Origin: Zygnema circumcarinatum SAG 698-1b
Taxonomy: Eukaryota > Plantae > Zygnematophyceae
Assembly: GCA_037447605.1 (NCBI GenBank)
Contig: CM074812.1
Span: 1,922,001-1,986,000 of the forward strand
Length of the DNA: 64,000 nt
Reading direction: 5' to 3'
Shown one piece after another: positions 1 through 12,524 of this stretch. Within the stretch, counting starts at the first letter, position 1, and each line of letters opens with the position of its first letter. The notes beneath the pieces are model-generated. The model saw only the letters and a list, made by a program, of their open reading frames with translations, had not been told where the DNA came from and searched no databases. Both the position numbers and the translations under genes were made by a program.

Positions 1-741
1 GGAGAAGGGGAGGGAGGAGGAGGAGATGTGCTATCCAAAGACACCAATCTTAGAGAAGGCTTTCGATTTTTTATCCAATTCGAAAACGTGCGTCTAATTC
101 CCCTTAAAGACCATCTTTCGCTGGAAGAGTCCGCTTCCAAAGCTGCAGGAAATTCTCGTCGAGAATAAAGGGAGGACAGGGAGCGAGGAAGGGGGTTCTC
201 GTCAAAAGGCGGCCTCTCCTCTCTCTGGGCTGCGTAGGTTGTCAGTGCTCCACTTAGCAATAGAAGCTGCAACACTACGGTAAAGACAGCCATGGTCGGC
301 CAAGCAACCTTCCTCGTATGATGAAATTGGAAAATATGACCTTCCTGGCGGGAATTAGTAGGCCAGAGGAGGGAGGGAGGGAAAAGGAGAGCGGGTGTGG
401 GAGAGGCAGAAAGCGATAGGAGAAAGAGCCCAGAAATTCAATGGAATATGATGTTCTCGAGCGCAGAGAGGGTGAGAGGGGACAGGGGAGAGAGGCGGAG
501 AGAGCGAGAGAGAGAGAGAGAGAGAGGAGAGAGGAGAGAAAAAGAGGGAGTTACAGAAGGAGAAGGAAGCCTCGGATTGCTCCACGGCGTGGACTTGCAG
601 ACAAAGGGAACGATGCCACGTGACCTGCATGGTCAGATCCTCTCAATTTTCAAGGCTCTGTGAGCGAGACACGTGGTCGGTGTCGATTTCCCCGAGGTCC
701 TTCCCTGCTTCATCTGAACCGTCCGATCTGAAGACAACGAC

Positions 742-1024
742 ACATGTTCACAGTTCGGACCAGTGGATCGGCAACCATTGGACAACCATTGGATGGCAAT
801 GGTTGGACGTCTACTGGTTGGCAACCAGTCGACTGGTTGCCAACCAGGTATGCAACCAGTCGAATGGTTGTTTCGGTCCGCGACCACTGGTTGGCAACCA
901 GTCGACTGGTTTGGAACCAGTGGATGCCACTGGTTGGCAACCAGTCGAATGGTTGTTTCGGTCCGCAACCACTGGTTGCCAACCAGTCGACTGGTTTGTC
1001 TAATGGTCCGATCTGTGCACATGT
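742..1024. mobile_element. Non-autonomous foldback/MITE-like element with an internal array of palindromic repeats
   Basis: Terminal inverted repeats acatgttcacagttcggacca (742-762) and tggtccgatctgtgcacatgt (1004-1024) match at 19/21. The interior has several copies of ggttggcaaccagtcgactggtt, including a perfect 32-bp palindrome tggttggcaaccagtcgactggttgccaacca. A related fragment lies at about 40030-40122. Confidence 0.6.
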
Positions 1025-2269
1025 TACGCTGGCGCATTTTAAAGATGCAGAGAAAACTGCACATGGAACAAAAATCTCCATGCGGATGTCATAAACTTTT
1101 CGTCCCGTTCCGTTCTCAAATTTTAGGCTCTATGCCACCAGTAGGGCGTGGCAGGATAGAAAGCCGTCAGCGTTATTGCAATGGAAATTCGCGTCAACGT
1201 CACAATTAAAAAGAGTACTCTAGTAATAAATTGGTACTGGTTCAAATAAGTACTTGTTCTAGAACCACTTCGATTTTTCTCTGTCGATTTTGTTCTGACA
1301 TGATGTGGTGTGCGTTTACCGAATGAGTGGAGTTTTTTAACGTATGCGGATTGTGCCACCAGTCAGCACCGGCCAATACCAATAAATGAATGCGGGTATA
1401 GGCACATCGCACCGAGACGGTTTCCATCGAACAGTTGTACGGCGCACGGAACCGTTCTGGCCGGACGCCCGTTTTGGCTACCGTCCAAAATCGGCCGACC
1501 AGTTCCGGGTCACGTGGCCAGCCCAACGAATCGGATGCGAGCACCGACAATCCGACGGATCGGCACAGATCTCGCACCGACCCGGCTGTGTCGAGAAACG
1601 CTCTCCGCTGATTGGTGGATCGCACGACCTCCACCGCCTCCGCCGCTTCCTCTCCCTCTCCCCCACTCCCTCTCCCCATCTCCCTCTCCCACCCTTTCCC
1701 TCTCCCTCTCCCTCCCTTTCCCTCTCCCTCCCTCTCCGTCCCCTCCCTCTCCGTCCCCTCCCTCTCTCTCCCTCCCTCCCTCCCCCCTACCATTCACTGC
1801 CTCCCTTCCCTTTCCCATGCATTCGCTCCCCCGATGTTCCCTCCCACTCTCCATTCGTTCTCCCGTGATTTCTCTTCTTATCGTTTCCTCTCGCCCTCTT
1901 CCTCTCCATTCTATGTCTGCATGAGCGTTTGACCCAACATTCTCCACTGAGCTCTCCCTATCTCTCCTCTCTCGTGCCCCCTCCTCCATCGCTCCCCCTC
2001 TCGCGCTCTCTCCCTCACATTGCTTCTGATCTCTCCGACCCCTCAATCACTCCGCCCTCCACTTCTCCATATCTTTTGAAACCTTTCCATTTAGCTTCCT
2101 TCGCCTATCTTCTCACATACAGCCAATACCCTTTGTTGTTACACAACCCCCCTTCTCCCCCTCTCTCTTTCTCTCGCGCTCAGCTGTCTCTCTCTCTCTC
2201 TGTGTCTCCCCTTCCCCCTGCACCTTTCCTTTTCCCCCACTCACCCCCGCTCCCTCTCTCCCTGTATCC

Positions 2270-3547
2270 ATGTGGAACCTCCGAGAGATCTTCGCATGGG
2301 ACCCGTTCCCTGCGACGGACCGTTCCGTAAGGGAAACCTTCTCCCTCCCCCATCCATGGCGGCCCTGTTCTCGGCCGCCTCTCTCTCCCTCTCCTCCTCT
2401 CCCTCTCGATGTTCTCATTGAGATTCTTTCTCGCGCTGATTTGGAGAGCCAGCTGGCAGCTGCTCATGTCTGTTCATCATGGCGGTAAGAGCTCCTCCTC
2501 CCTTCATTGAGAATTCTTATTTTTTTTTTATTGGAAGTAAACCATTTCTTCATTGTGAACCCTTCAATTCTCTGAGTTAATGGCATTAGAGGGGAAAAGG
2601 GTGCAGGGAGGCAACAAAAAGTTCTCTCCTTCGTCGCCGCCTCATCATCTCGCCCCGACTGGCCGGTGGGCATCAACTTATTTCTATTTATACAGATCCA
2701 TACTTTTCTAAAAAACAAAATTCACTCATGCAGAAAAAGCACATTTTGTATCCCTTCGGATTTACGTGGGAGGATCCTTTTTGGGGTGTCGCTGACGTCA
2801 GGTCGCATAACCGACGAGCGCTTGAGGAGTTTGCTGACGCCAGCGAAAGGGCAGGTCCAAGTCCTCGTGCTCAAGGGCTGCCATCGACTGACAAATGGCG
2901 CCATCCCCGCGATCCACGCGGCGGCGACAGCTGGCAAGTTGCAGCACCTGGACATGCGGGACTGCCATCAGGTACTCATCTGCCTCGTCTCCCTCTCTCT
3001 CTCTCTCTCTTTCTCCCCTCGCCCACTCTCTCTCGCCCTCCCTCCCGCACATCCTATCTCTCACCCTTCACCTCTCTCACCCTCTGTTTCTCCGCCAATT
3101 TGGCAATGTGGATCCCCCTCACTTCCTTCTCTCTCTGCATGGATCGTCCTCTCCCATTCCCCCTCTCCTACCAGCTCTCCTTCCTCCGCTTATCCTTGTA
3201 ATTTTCCGTCCACTGTCGACCCCTTCCCCCCCAACCCCCACCCTCCCGCTACCACTCTCTCTCTCCCCCTGTCCTTGCTCCTCTCACCAACCGCAACCTC
3301 CGAACGCCTGGCGGCTTAACCCCACATAGGTTTCATGCGATTTTTGGCCGTGCAGCTTTCGGGTGACAAGATTGTTGATTTAGTGCTCCCTCTGCCCCCC
3401 CTCCGCACGCTCAAGGTGGCGCGCTGCCCAATGGAGGCGCGCCACGTCAGAGCGCTCGCTGCCCTCGTGGAGGACATTGACATGAAGGTGTTTGTGCGCG
3501 TGTTGGACCCGCGCCTTCGCATGATGGGGGTCATGTACATGGAGTGA
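2270..3547 (+). CDS. F-box/LRR protein (at least 3 exons: about 2270-2484, 2734-2970, 3330-3547; ends uncertain)
   Basis: F-box motif LPLDVLIEILSRADLESQLAAAHVCSSWR followed by a GTAAG donor. LRR-like segments ITDERL, LVLKGCHRLTN, LQHLDMRDC and LRTLKVARC. Confidence 0.75.
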
Positions 3548-4056
3548 GGGAGGGAGCCATGGCATGGGATGGGATGGGGGGATGGCGTCCCATGCGACCA
3601 TGGATAGTGGCGAAGTCCTCATACCATAAAACCGATCAGGTTGAGAAAAGAGAAATTAAAGATTCTGTCCCCTCCCCATCGAAGGGGTACTCTTAAAAGA
3701 GGGGCCTCTTGATTCTTCATTGACTTATTCTATTAGAAGATAAACCAAAGGTCAGGATTGGCTGTTATTTATACATGTAGACTTCATAGAAGGCGTTGGC
3801 AATTTAGTTGCGAAGGAGCAGACGAAGCTTGTCGCTATTTACATCATAGTTTAGGAATGACAACAGTGGGGCGTTCTAATTCAGGACTCTCTGTTTTATT
3901 GTGATAGCGTGAGGGAATACCGAGCAGGGAAAATGACAGCGCAGGGTTCTAGATTTAGGGTTTGCAGTTAGTTTTTCAGTTAATTCCTTTCCCACAAAAG
4001 TCCCACCGCCTCCTTGTACGAACATGAAAATAGGAAGTAAAGTACCAAATATTTAT

Positions 4057-7000
4057 TCACCCAACCGAATGCAGCTCACTTTCCAAAGTTAACTTCACGC
4101 GACTAATAACGCCATCAAGAACTTTAAAAAAATCTAAATCCTCAACCAAACGGCGGTACGCAATAGCGAGCCGCTTCCGATATCCAATTGACGGGTCGTC
4201 AAGCAGCGCTTTATCCTGCCAAGTTTGCGTTAAAAAGAATTAAAAAAACACAGACAAACAAGCACAAGCACGTTTGATTGGTTTAGGATTTAAGAATGCG
4301 TGAGAGTTTAGGAAAATGAAAAATACCAAAGATCCACTCCATAACCCTAAAGTGCTGATTTCGACCACATACATTAAAACATACCCTTAGCATCTCTTCT
4401 TCGCTAGCTCGATATTCGAAGCTGTCCCGTGCGTTTTGCAGTTCTTGCAACATTGTTTGCAGCATAGAAACTTCTCTGTGAGAACTGAAGGTCTCCTTCC
4501 CTCCCAGCCGATCCCAACTGACCCCTCCAATTTCCTCCTCGCAATTTGCAGCTTTCAGGCGACACCAAGCTAAGAAATTAGGGTCCGCGTCTGAAATGAC
4601 ATTTTCTCCCGAAATTGGGATATAAACCTGCAATGGTATAGGAGGGCCCAAACATATATCCACCTGAACAGATCTTGACGGACCTCCCTCTCCCCCTCCC
4701 TTACCCCCTCCCCCCCCCTCCCTCCCTCCCTCCCTCTTTCCCCCCTCCCTCCCTCCCTCCCTCTTTCCCCCCTCTTCCCCNNNNNNNNNNCCCTCCCCCT
4801 CCCGCTCGCTTCTCCCTCCCCCTCTTCCCCCCTCCCTCCTTCTCTCTCTCTTTCTCCCTCTCTCTGGTGAACTTCAAGTCTGCAGGTAGGGAATACGTAC
4901 CATGATAACATCTTCATCGAGCAGTCCTGCATTTTCAACGATGTCTAATTTCCACCTCTCTCTCAGTCTGCTCACAGAGAGAGGTATCCATACACTCCCT
5001 GGAGGAGAGTCAACGGGCGGCATTCCCAAGAGAAGGAGAGAGAGCGAATCATTCATCATGTATTTTGTCGTTAGCGTTTCTCCTTTCTTTATATCTCTCA
5101 ACGCGTAGATCTGTATGTGCGTTAAAGCGAAAAAATGAGTCTCCGAGTTGCCAAAAGCTGAGAATAGACAAATCTCCGCTTGATAGTAACTTGAAAAAAA
5201 GGAGAGCTCAAAGAGCAGCTTGCATTTAATTTAAGCCTTGCGTTCACACTATACATACCATTTTTTCTCCGTCCTTGTCTTCGCTCCACTCACAATTTGC
5301 AAAATAACTGCCGTTGATAAGCTCCAAAATTGGAACTAAAACTGTGTCACCGTTTAATCTTGTCACACAGTGACTTTCTACAAAAAGAACTGCCCATTTT
5401 AGGGATTCTAAGGTCACATTTTCCCGCCAACTTGCACCAACTTCACCTTGCAGGTTATGAAGAGAGGCCAGGACCTTCTCCATCTGCTTATTCCACTTTT
5501 CTACCTACAAAAAACAAAAGAGAGAGAGAGAGAGGGCGAGAGAGTGAGGGGGAGAGAGAGTGAGAGGGAGAGACACGGGGAGGGAAGAAAGAAGATACTG
5601 AACATTCCCGCACTTGATAAAACGTAGAAGTAATTACGACAGATAATATTGGTGTTAGAATTGGCTTTTTGTACTAAGTAATGAAATTTGGAAGGAAGTA
5701 TGACTGACAATGTTGAAAAAGGACGGATCATGAAGATCCAAGAGTTCTTCCGCCCTCCACAAATATATCTGATGGAAAGTTTCAATTTTCGGAAGGGCAG
5801 AAATGTATGGGTAAAATTTGCTGTTCTGCCCCTTCATGCATTCTGACAAAAGGGCCATAGCAAGGGGAATCTCTGCATTATCATTTCCTACAAGATAGAG
5901 AAAAAAAATTACAAGCCTGCTTAGTGGACATCAGATCAAATGCAAAAAGCGGAAAATGGCTTTCAATTTACCGAACGTACTTCGTCAAGATGCAGAGGCC
6001 AAGGGCGATGAGGGAGAAAAAAACATGGCAACGCGACGAGAGGGAGGAGGGAGACTGAAGAATGGCAAAGCAGGGCATGAGAGACAGGGAGAGGCAGCGG
6101 GAGAGGGAGAGAGAGAGAGGGAGGGAGCCGGAGAGGGAGACGGAGAGGGAGAGGGAGAGGGAGATGGCGAGAGAGAGAGAGAGAGAGAGAGAATACTTCG
6201 TTTGAACCGTTTTGCAACCCTCCATTCGTCTTCGGAGAGCACATTTTTTGGAGAAAATAACACGTTTATGGGGGCCCTCAGTAGCGCCGTTTCTCTGGGG
6301 ATGTCCTTCGCTGCCGTCAGCCCCAAACCTCCGTAGCCGTCGTCCACGACTGTAACAGAACGGACATGTGCACCGTTGTTCTTCGGACATGCGGCCGACA
6401 CAGGTAAAGAAGGAGGGTTCAGTTTTACGTAGCAGAATCTCGTTGAATGCGAAGCAAGTATCGCAAAGGACGAATCAAAGTCTCCTTCAATGTCATGATT
6501 GGGAGGCAGTTTGTCTCTGTCGAATCTCTCCCACACGCTCCTCTCCCTTTCTCTCTCTTTCTCCCTCTCTCACCCGCTCTCTCCTCTCTCCTCTCCGCAG
6601 TTATGCGGAACCATTTTGAGCACGCAGGGAGGAAACCGAAACATTGTACTGCAATTCTTGTGCAGAGCACACGTAGAAGGAGAATTTGAGATCCAGGAGT
6701 ATGGCAACACACAGGGATGCCTTGCGCACCATGCATGAAGGCCTCACATGAGTACATGAATGTAAAGTTCCAAGATTTCCAGTGTTACCTCCATCCATTT
6801 CAGCAGCTCTCCTGCACATTCCAACCTTCTCTCGAGAGGCTTTCCCCATGCAACTTCACAACACACAGATTCTGAGAACCTTCTCATTCTCCTCCTACTA
6901 TATTTCCGTGCCCCTCCAATATTAAATAACATATCCAGGAAAATTCCACAACCTACTTCGGCTCCGTTGAAGAGTTCACCCTCTAATTTTCTCTGAGCCA

Positions 7001-7115
7001 TGGAAGAAGCTAGACGAGGTGGAGGAAGAAGGGTGGTAGAGAGGAAGGCAGAGGGGGAGGGCCATAATTCGGAGAGAGAGGGAGAGAGAGATAGAGCGAA
7101 GGTGCACGACGCCAT
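4057..7115 (-). CDS. SET-domain protein-lysine methyltransferase-like (Rubisco LSMT/SETD3 family), multi-exon, with a transit-peptide-like N-terminus
   Basis: Exons encode GYGGLGLTAAKDI, SKFYPYISALP, KWAVLFVESHC..LVPILELING, IYALRDIKKGETLTTKY, FLAWCRL, and a C-terminal DKALLDDPSIGYRKRLAIAYR resembling the LSMT substrate-binding domain. The N-terminus is Ser/Ala-rich (MASCTFALSLSPS). Confidence 0.75.
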
Positions 7116-8366
7116 GGCTGCGAGGAAGGCGGAGAGAGCTCCGACGCGGCGACAATGGCGGACGCTTGTAAGGGTTAGCGCGGGCGTTCACACGTGTGTT
7201 CTATGCGCCCCGCTGAGCAAGTACTGAAAGTGAGACATATAAGCGTGACTCGCCGGCTCACGCAACTGTCCCATGATTCATTCGCCTGTGGCCTGAAACC
7301 GGCACAAACAAAATCCGATTGTTGGAATCTTTTAAGATAGTGTTCAGATATGAACACGATCTCTGACGGGCCTCGGATTGGCCGCACGAAGATCGAGTCA
7401 ATTCGTACATCATCATCATCCTGGAGCCTTCCAAAATTGCGCTGGATTTTCCGAGTCTCTCGAGGTACCGTACCGTACGGAGAGGCAACCAGGGAGGTTG
7501 CCCCGGCGGCGCACTTTATACAAGGCAAGAGCGGCCTTTGGAGAGGCGGAGAGCCGCTGCGCCAGGACGCGGCCGTACAGCCTTGGAGTGCGAAGCTTCC
7601 TCGCTCCTGGCAGCTCGCCCTTGCGGCCGCCACTACCCGACAATGGAATATTCTTTGCCCCGTTGGAATCCATGTCGGCCGTACACACGTTTCTGGTAAG
7701 ATCGCAAGAGATCGCACAGAATCCGATCATACCCAGAATCCTAAGATTCTCCAGGTCGCAGATTCTCATCCTGATTCCCGCCGCAAGCCGCGCCCCGCAG
7801 CTCCTTCGCCTCGGGCCCTCCGCGCGCCGACACGGACCGCGGCCGTTGAACGGCCACCGACACGCACCACGCGACGTGCCGCGCACGAGATGCTCGGGGT
7901 TCCACGTGGCGGCCTGCGAGTGGAGCGGGCGCACGGAGAAGGTTTATCCGCCGTACACGGAGCGGCCCTGCGGAACGTTCCGCCGCGTGGCGCGCACGGC
8001 GGGCGGGAGGGGGAAGGGCCGGAGGCGGCTATGGCCGTACAGGCCGTACAGACCGCTCCGCTCCCGCGCGCTCGCTGCGCTGAGCGGGCGGTGGCGGGGG
8101 GGGAAGGGGGATGGCAATACAGAGGGGGAAAGAAAGCTGAGAGGCAGAGAATAATTCGTAGAGACACAGAGTGTGTGTGAGAGAGAGTGGGAGAGTGAGA
8201 GAGTGAGAGAGTGAAAGAAAGAGAGAGTGAAAGTGAGAGTGAGAGTGAGAGAGTGAGTGAGAAAGAGAGTGAGAGAGTGAGAACGAGAGAGGGAGAGTGA
8301 AAGTAAGAGAGAGATTGAGTGAGAGAGAGAGATAGCTTACAGAGAAAACGATAGAGAGAGGGAGAG

Positions 8367-9336
8367 ATGGGGAGAACCATTGTGGTAGTGGTAGACGAGA
8401 GGCGGTGCAGCGACGCGGCTTTTTGGAGGGCGCTGGCGGAGACGAAGGCGGAGGACGCTCTGCTCATCGTTTTCCCGCGGCCTCCCCGCACAGGAGGTGA
8501 GGGAGAGAGGGGGGAGGAGCGAATGAGGGACGGGGGGAGAGAGATAGGCAGGGGCAAAAAGAAAAGTACGAGCGACCGAGAGAGGGAACGATAGAGAGCA
8601 AGGGAAAGCACGTGAAATAGATAATGCACGTGAGAAAACCACTTCGTAACTGGGGAGAGCGAGAAGGGGGGAGGGAGAGGAGGGGAAAGGTGAAAGGGGC
8701 GACAAGGAAGCGGAGGAAGAACAAGAGAAGCACATATTTTCCGATCACGTGATGTGTTGCTTTTGGGACCCATGCAGGGCACCATTGGGAGACGACAATG
8801 CAGCCTGTCAATGACTTATGTGACGCGCGCTCTGCGGAAATCCTTCAGAAATATTCCCAACTCGCAGCGATCGCCCAGGTACCTCCATCGCATCCCCACA
8901 CGCCCATCCATGTCCGATGCCAACATGCTTGTTCCCGTCGTCCCGTCTTCTTGTCCCGCTCCGATGCCTTGCTCTAACCTCCCCTCCCCTCCCCTCCCCT
9001 CCCCTCCCCTCCCTCATGCCCCATCCCCGCCCGCAGGTCTCCTTTGCGGCCATGGAGGTGGAGAGCTTCCATGCGGATGCCGCGATTGCGAAGAAGTGCG
9101 AGGAGGTGGGAGCCGCCATGCTCGTCCGCGGTGTGCGGCGGCCATGGCCCCTCTCCCTCCCCCGGGCCGCCCCCTGCCCGCGCTGCAACCCCTTCCTGCG
9201 GCCCTCCGGACAGGCGGCCGCGCTCCCGCCCTGCGACCTCCGGCGGCGTGACGTCACGCGTAGGACGTGGGCCGTTGTGGAGGTCAAGGCGGAGAGCAGG
9301 CGGAGGTCGCAGGTCACGAGTTCGAGTCCGCGCTGA
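8367..9336 (+). CDS. Universal stress protein (UspA)-like protein, exons 8367-8496, 8778-8878, 9037-9336
   Basis: The N-terminal strand-helix MGRTIVVVVDERRCSDAAFWRAL..EDALLIVF resembles the USP start. ADAAIAKKCEEVGAAMLVRG resembles the USP C-terminal motif. Splice phases (1, 0) are consistent. Confidence 0.6.
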
Positions 9337-10188
9337 AGAAAACAGGAAACGTATATTGTGACTTATAAATAGTATATAGAGTACCTACCAGAGGGGAGAG
9401 AAGTGGAAGGGAGATGATGGTGCGTGTGGCGCGGCTTGCTCGGTAAATGTATTTCATTTTTGCGGGGTCGAGTGTAAAGGATATATATATAGCATGCACC
9501 ATCAAAAGCCAAATTTTGATCGTTGACTAAAAGAGAAAGTTTAGGAAATTGTAAGTAGACAGTAGCAAGAGGCAGCAAGGTGTGCAAATGTGCGGTGGTA
9601 GGCGCACAGCTCGTCCTTTAGATGGTCCCTGTTCGAAGAGATGCGCTCAATGCATGTGCCTCAAAAGTAAGCACAATGCGTTGGATGTATGGGGGGAGTA
9701 GGCAGGCGTGGCACTGCGCATTGCTCGCTTGGCTTGGCTTGACTGACTAAGTTAGCCACCTCGACTAGTGTATGTAGTGGCTTGGATGGTGGTCACATTT
9801 GTGACTAATGACTTTCCCCAAGGCAAAAAAGCCACGCACAAAGCCATTTTCTAATAAAGCAAAAGCCCAGTCCTTGGCGGACCTGCCGCCCCCTGCCACG
9901 TGTGCACGCACGTCTTATTTGTGTCTTACATTTAGGATCATTGCATACATAAAAGAAGGAAACGCATAGAGAAATAGTTTATTTTTTTTTAGGTACTCCT
10001 TGCGAGCCCTAACAATGGATCTAAAACTGAACATTCACCTTCTTTCATATGTACAAAAGACTGCCCCCCCCCCAATCACAATTCCTTCAAATAAGCAATG
10101 GGTAACTCGATTCTCCTCGTCTCTTTTGGCACTTTTCTATCTTCTCGTCCTGCCCTGAAACCCTCCATATACAAGTTACCCCTGAACC

Positions 10189-12524
10189 CTAACTAGAACC
10201 GCTCTTCCCACACGAATTGCAGGACTTCCTGCAGCTTCCGAGAGAGCTCTCATCTCCCACCATGAAGAGGGGGTTTTTCCTGCACTCTCCCGCAGCCGCC
10301 CACTCCCCACATCGCGGGTCGTCGTCCTTGCATGACGAGGGGTCTTGCCTTTGAAACTGAAACGAGTTCACATGTATCCACTTTGTAGCAGACCACTTCA
10401 CTCCCTCCAAAACGGGGCACGCAGTATGAAGGGAGGCCGGGTCCGGCTCAGCGTTCGGACTAAGGCTGAAAAATAAAAGAGCGTCTCCCTTTTTGGGTTT
10501 AACTGCACATTTCCAAACGGGAGGAGCTTGTGGGAGAGGTGAGAGAGAGAGAGGAAGGTAGTGGCGAAGCTGTTTTTGAAAACTGATATCGAAGTGAGGT
10601 AACAAAGAAAGACAAAAGGGGTAACTTTTTGGTTTTTGGTTTTTTTTAATATAGGGATTAGGCTTTGTAGGGATGCACCTCCGAGCCCTGAATGTCCGCA
10701 TTCCGACCAGCTGCTATCTTTACTTCCGGCAGTCTGCCAAAAAACATACACACAAATCCTCCGTATGAGAAAATCATCATTATCAATAGAAGATGAGGAG
10801 AGCATTCACACATAAAAGCAGTTTTTTTTTTTTGAAATTGAGCTCATTGCAGTCCTCACCGCGGAGTTCGGAAACACGGTCTCGCCTCCTTTTTCCACGT
10901 CAGACAAGTACATGAGGACAGTGGCGTATCTGTGTCCCCCTAACTGCGTGTTGAGGGGGTCATGGAAATAGTCAAAGTGGGCTTCATATTTCTGCCCCTT
11001 GTTGTAGCGCAGCACTTGGAACGCTTCTCCGTTCTCTGCAACGGAAACACGGTACAAGCTGGAGATTTGGTCCAACAAAAATAAAAAAAGCAAAAAAAGG
11101 GAAATGATGAAACATGCGATAAGGAATTGTATTTTTGAAAAATACTTCTCGGTGCGATGGAAAAAGGTTTACCTTTAGGAAGGAAGGTCCAAGTGGCGAT
11201 GCGATCTTCGATTGCGTCTAAAACATCATTCTGCATGCGTAGAAATAATATTAAAAAAATAAAAATTATTTTTTTAAAAATTGGTCAATGGAACAGGGAC
11301 ATTCCATGGCGGCCCTCTCAAGAAACTTAGTTTAACTTCAGATCGAGGTTTGAGAAGAGAATATTGAGAGGTAAAAAGGGAACGGGTTGGGAAATAGGGT
11401 TACTTTTGAATATAATTTTTAGCCTTAATAAGAATGATACCTTGGTTGTGATGAACATTCCGGAGCTCGTCCGAATAGTCGAATCGACCGGCTTCCCCGA
11501 GGCATTATCGGTAACCATAGATTTCTCCAGTCTCGGAAGAGCCTAAAAAACAGTCGCAAAAACAAAATTAGCCCACCCTGCACTCCCGGATTCTTTCTAC
11601 CTTGCTGTCAAAAACCGACTTTCAGTCCGAATCAATTAGCAATTCATCGATCACCTTCAGCCCTTACCATTTGCTTCAGATATTCGCACTCGTAATCCGA
11701 AAGAAAGCCCTTGTAGAGAAACGCTCTGCACATGCCCACGAGTCGGAGACTTTATAGCTTTAAATATTCAATCTAAAAACTTGCCTTGTTCTTGGAATTC
11801 AAATTCAAATTCTCTGTTTACTTTTATTCCCTTAAAGTGAGCGAGGTTTTACCTGGGTTTCCAGGAAAGTTGAGTCACGCGAGTGGGGTCCATTGCGAAG
11901 GGGCTCGGCCCGCGGAGGCGGTCCAAACCGCCCCCCTGCTCTCCTCCTCGTGGTTTCGCGGTCCGCAGACGGCCCGGGCGCAGGGTGGAGCGCTCGTAGG
12001 GCTCCGACTGGGTCTCGCTGCGGGGGTCGAATCTGTGGGAGAGAGGGGGAGAGGGAGGGAGAGGGAGAGGGAGAGAGATATGGAGAGGGAGAGGGCGGTG
12101 AGAGTGGGGAGGGAGGAAGGTGGGTGGAGGGGCAGGGAGGAGAGGAAGTGGGAGTGGGAGGAGAGAGAGAGAGGGGGGAGGGAGGAAGGGGAGGTAAGGA
12201 GGGAGGGGATGGTGGAGGAGGTGAGAGTCGACAAGGGAGGGAGGGAGGGAATGGGGGAGGGGTGAACACACGAGTGGATGCAGAGATGGGAGCAAAGAGG
12301 GCGATGGGAAATGTAGATTCAGGAAGGGTCAAGAGGGAACCGCGAGAAGAGCAGGAGATTTGAAAGGAGAGAGATTGAGAGGAAAAGAAGATGCAATGGT
12401 AGCAGAGGAGAGGCAAAGGCAGACCAAGGACAGGGAGGAGAGAGGGAGAGAGGGAGAAGGGAAGAAAGGCCGAGGCAGAGGGAGAGGGCGTGAGGATTAG
12501 AGCGCATACGTTTCCCCCATCCAT
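10189..12524 (-). CDS. P4H: Prolyl 4-hydroxylase with C-terminal ShKT domain, copy 1 (5' end uncertain)
   Basis: DPTRVTQLSWKPRAFLYKGFLSDYEC, RTSSGMF, IEDRIATWTFLP, ENGEAFQVLRY..YEAHFDYF, ATVLMYLSDVEKGGETVFP, SLHTACPV..KWSATKWIH, and ShKT CKDDDPRCGEWAAAGECRKNP..CRKSC. The HxD..H..K catalytic set is intact. Confidence 0.93.

Noticed and set aside
1-700. Possible minus-strand gene fragment at the window start
   Set aside because: AG/GT-bounded open segments exist but no recognisable protein or consistent splice path was found.
790-1000. CRISPR array interpretation of the palindromic repeats
   Set aside because: No regular unique spacers, repeats overlap and vary, no cas genes, and the context is eukaryotic.
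2728-2810. Possible frameshift in the F-box gene (the WEDPFWGVADV frame versus the GRITDERL frame)
   Set aside because: A phase-consistent acceptor at 2733 gives a continuous frame, so a pseudogene call is unsupported without cDNA.
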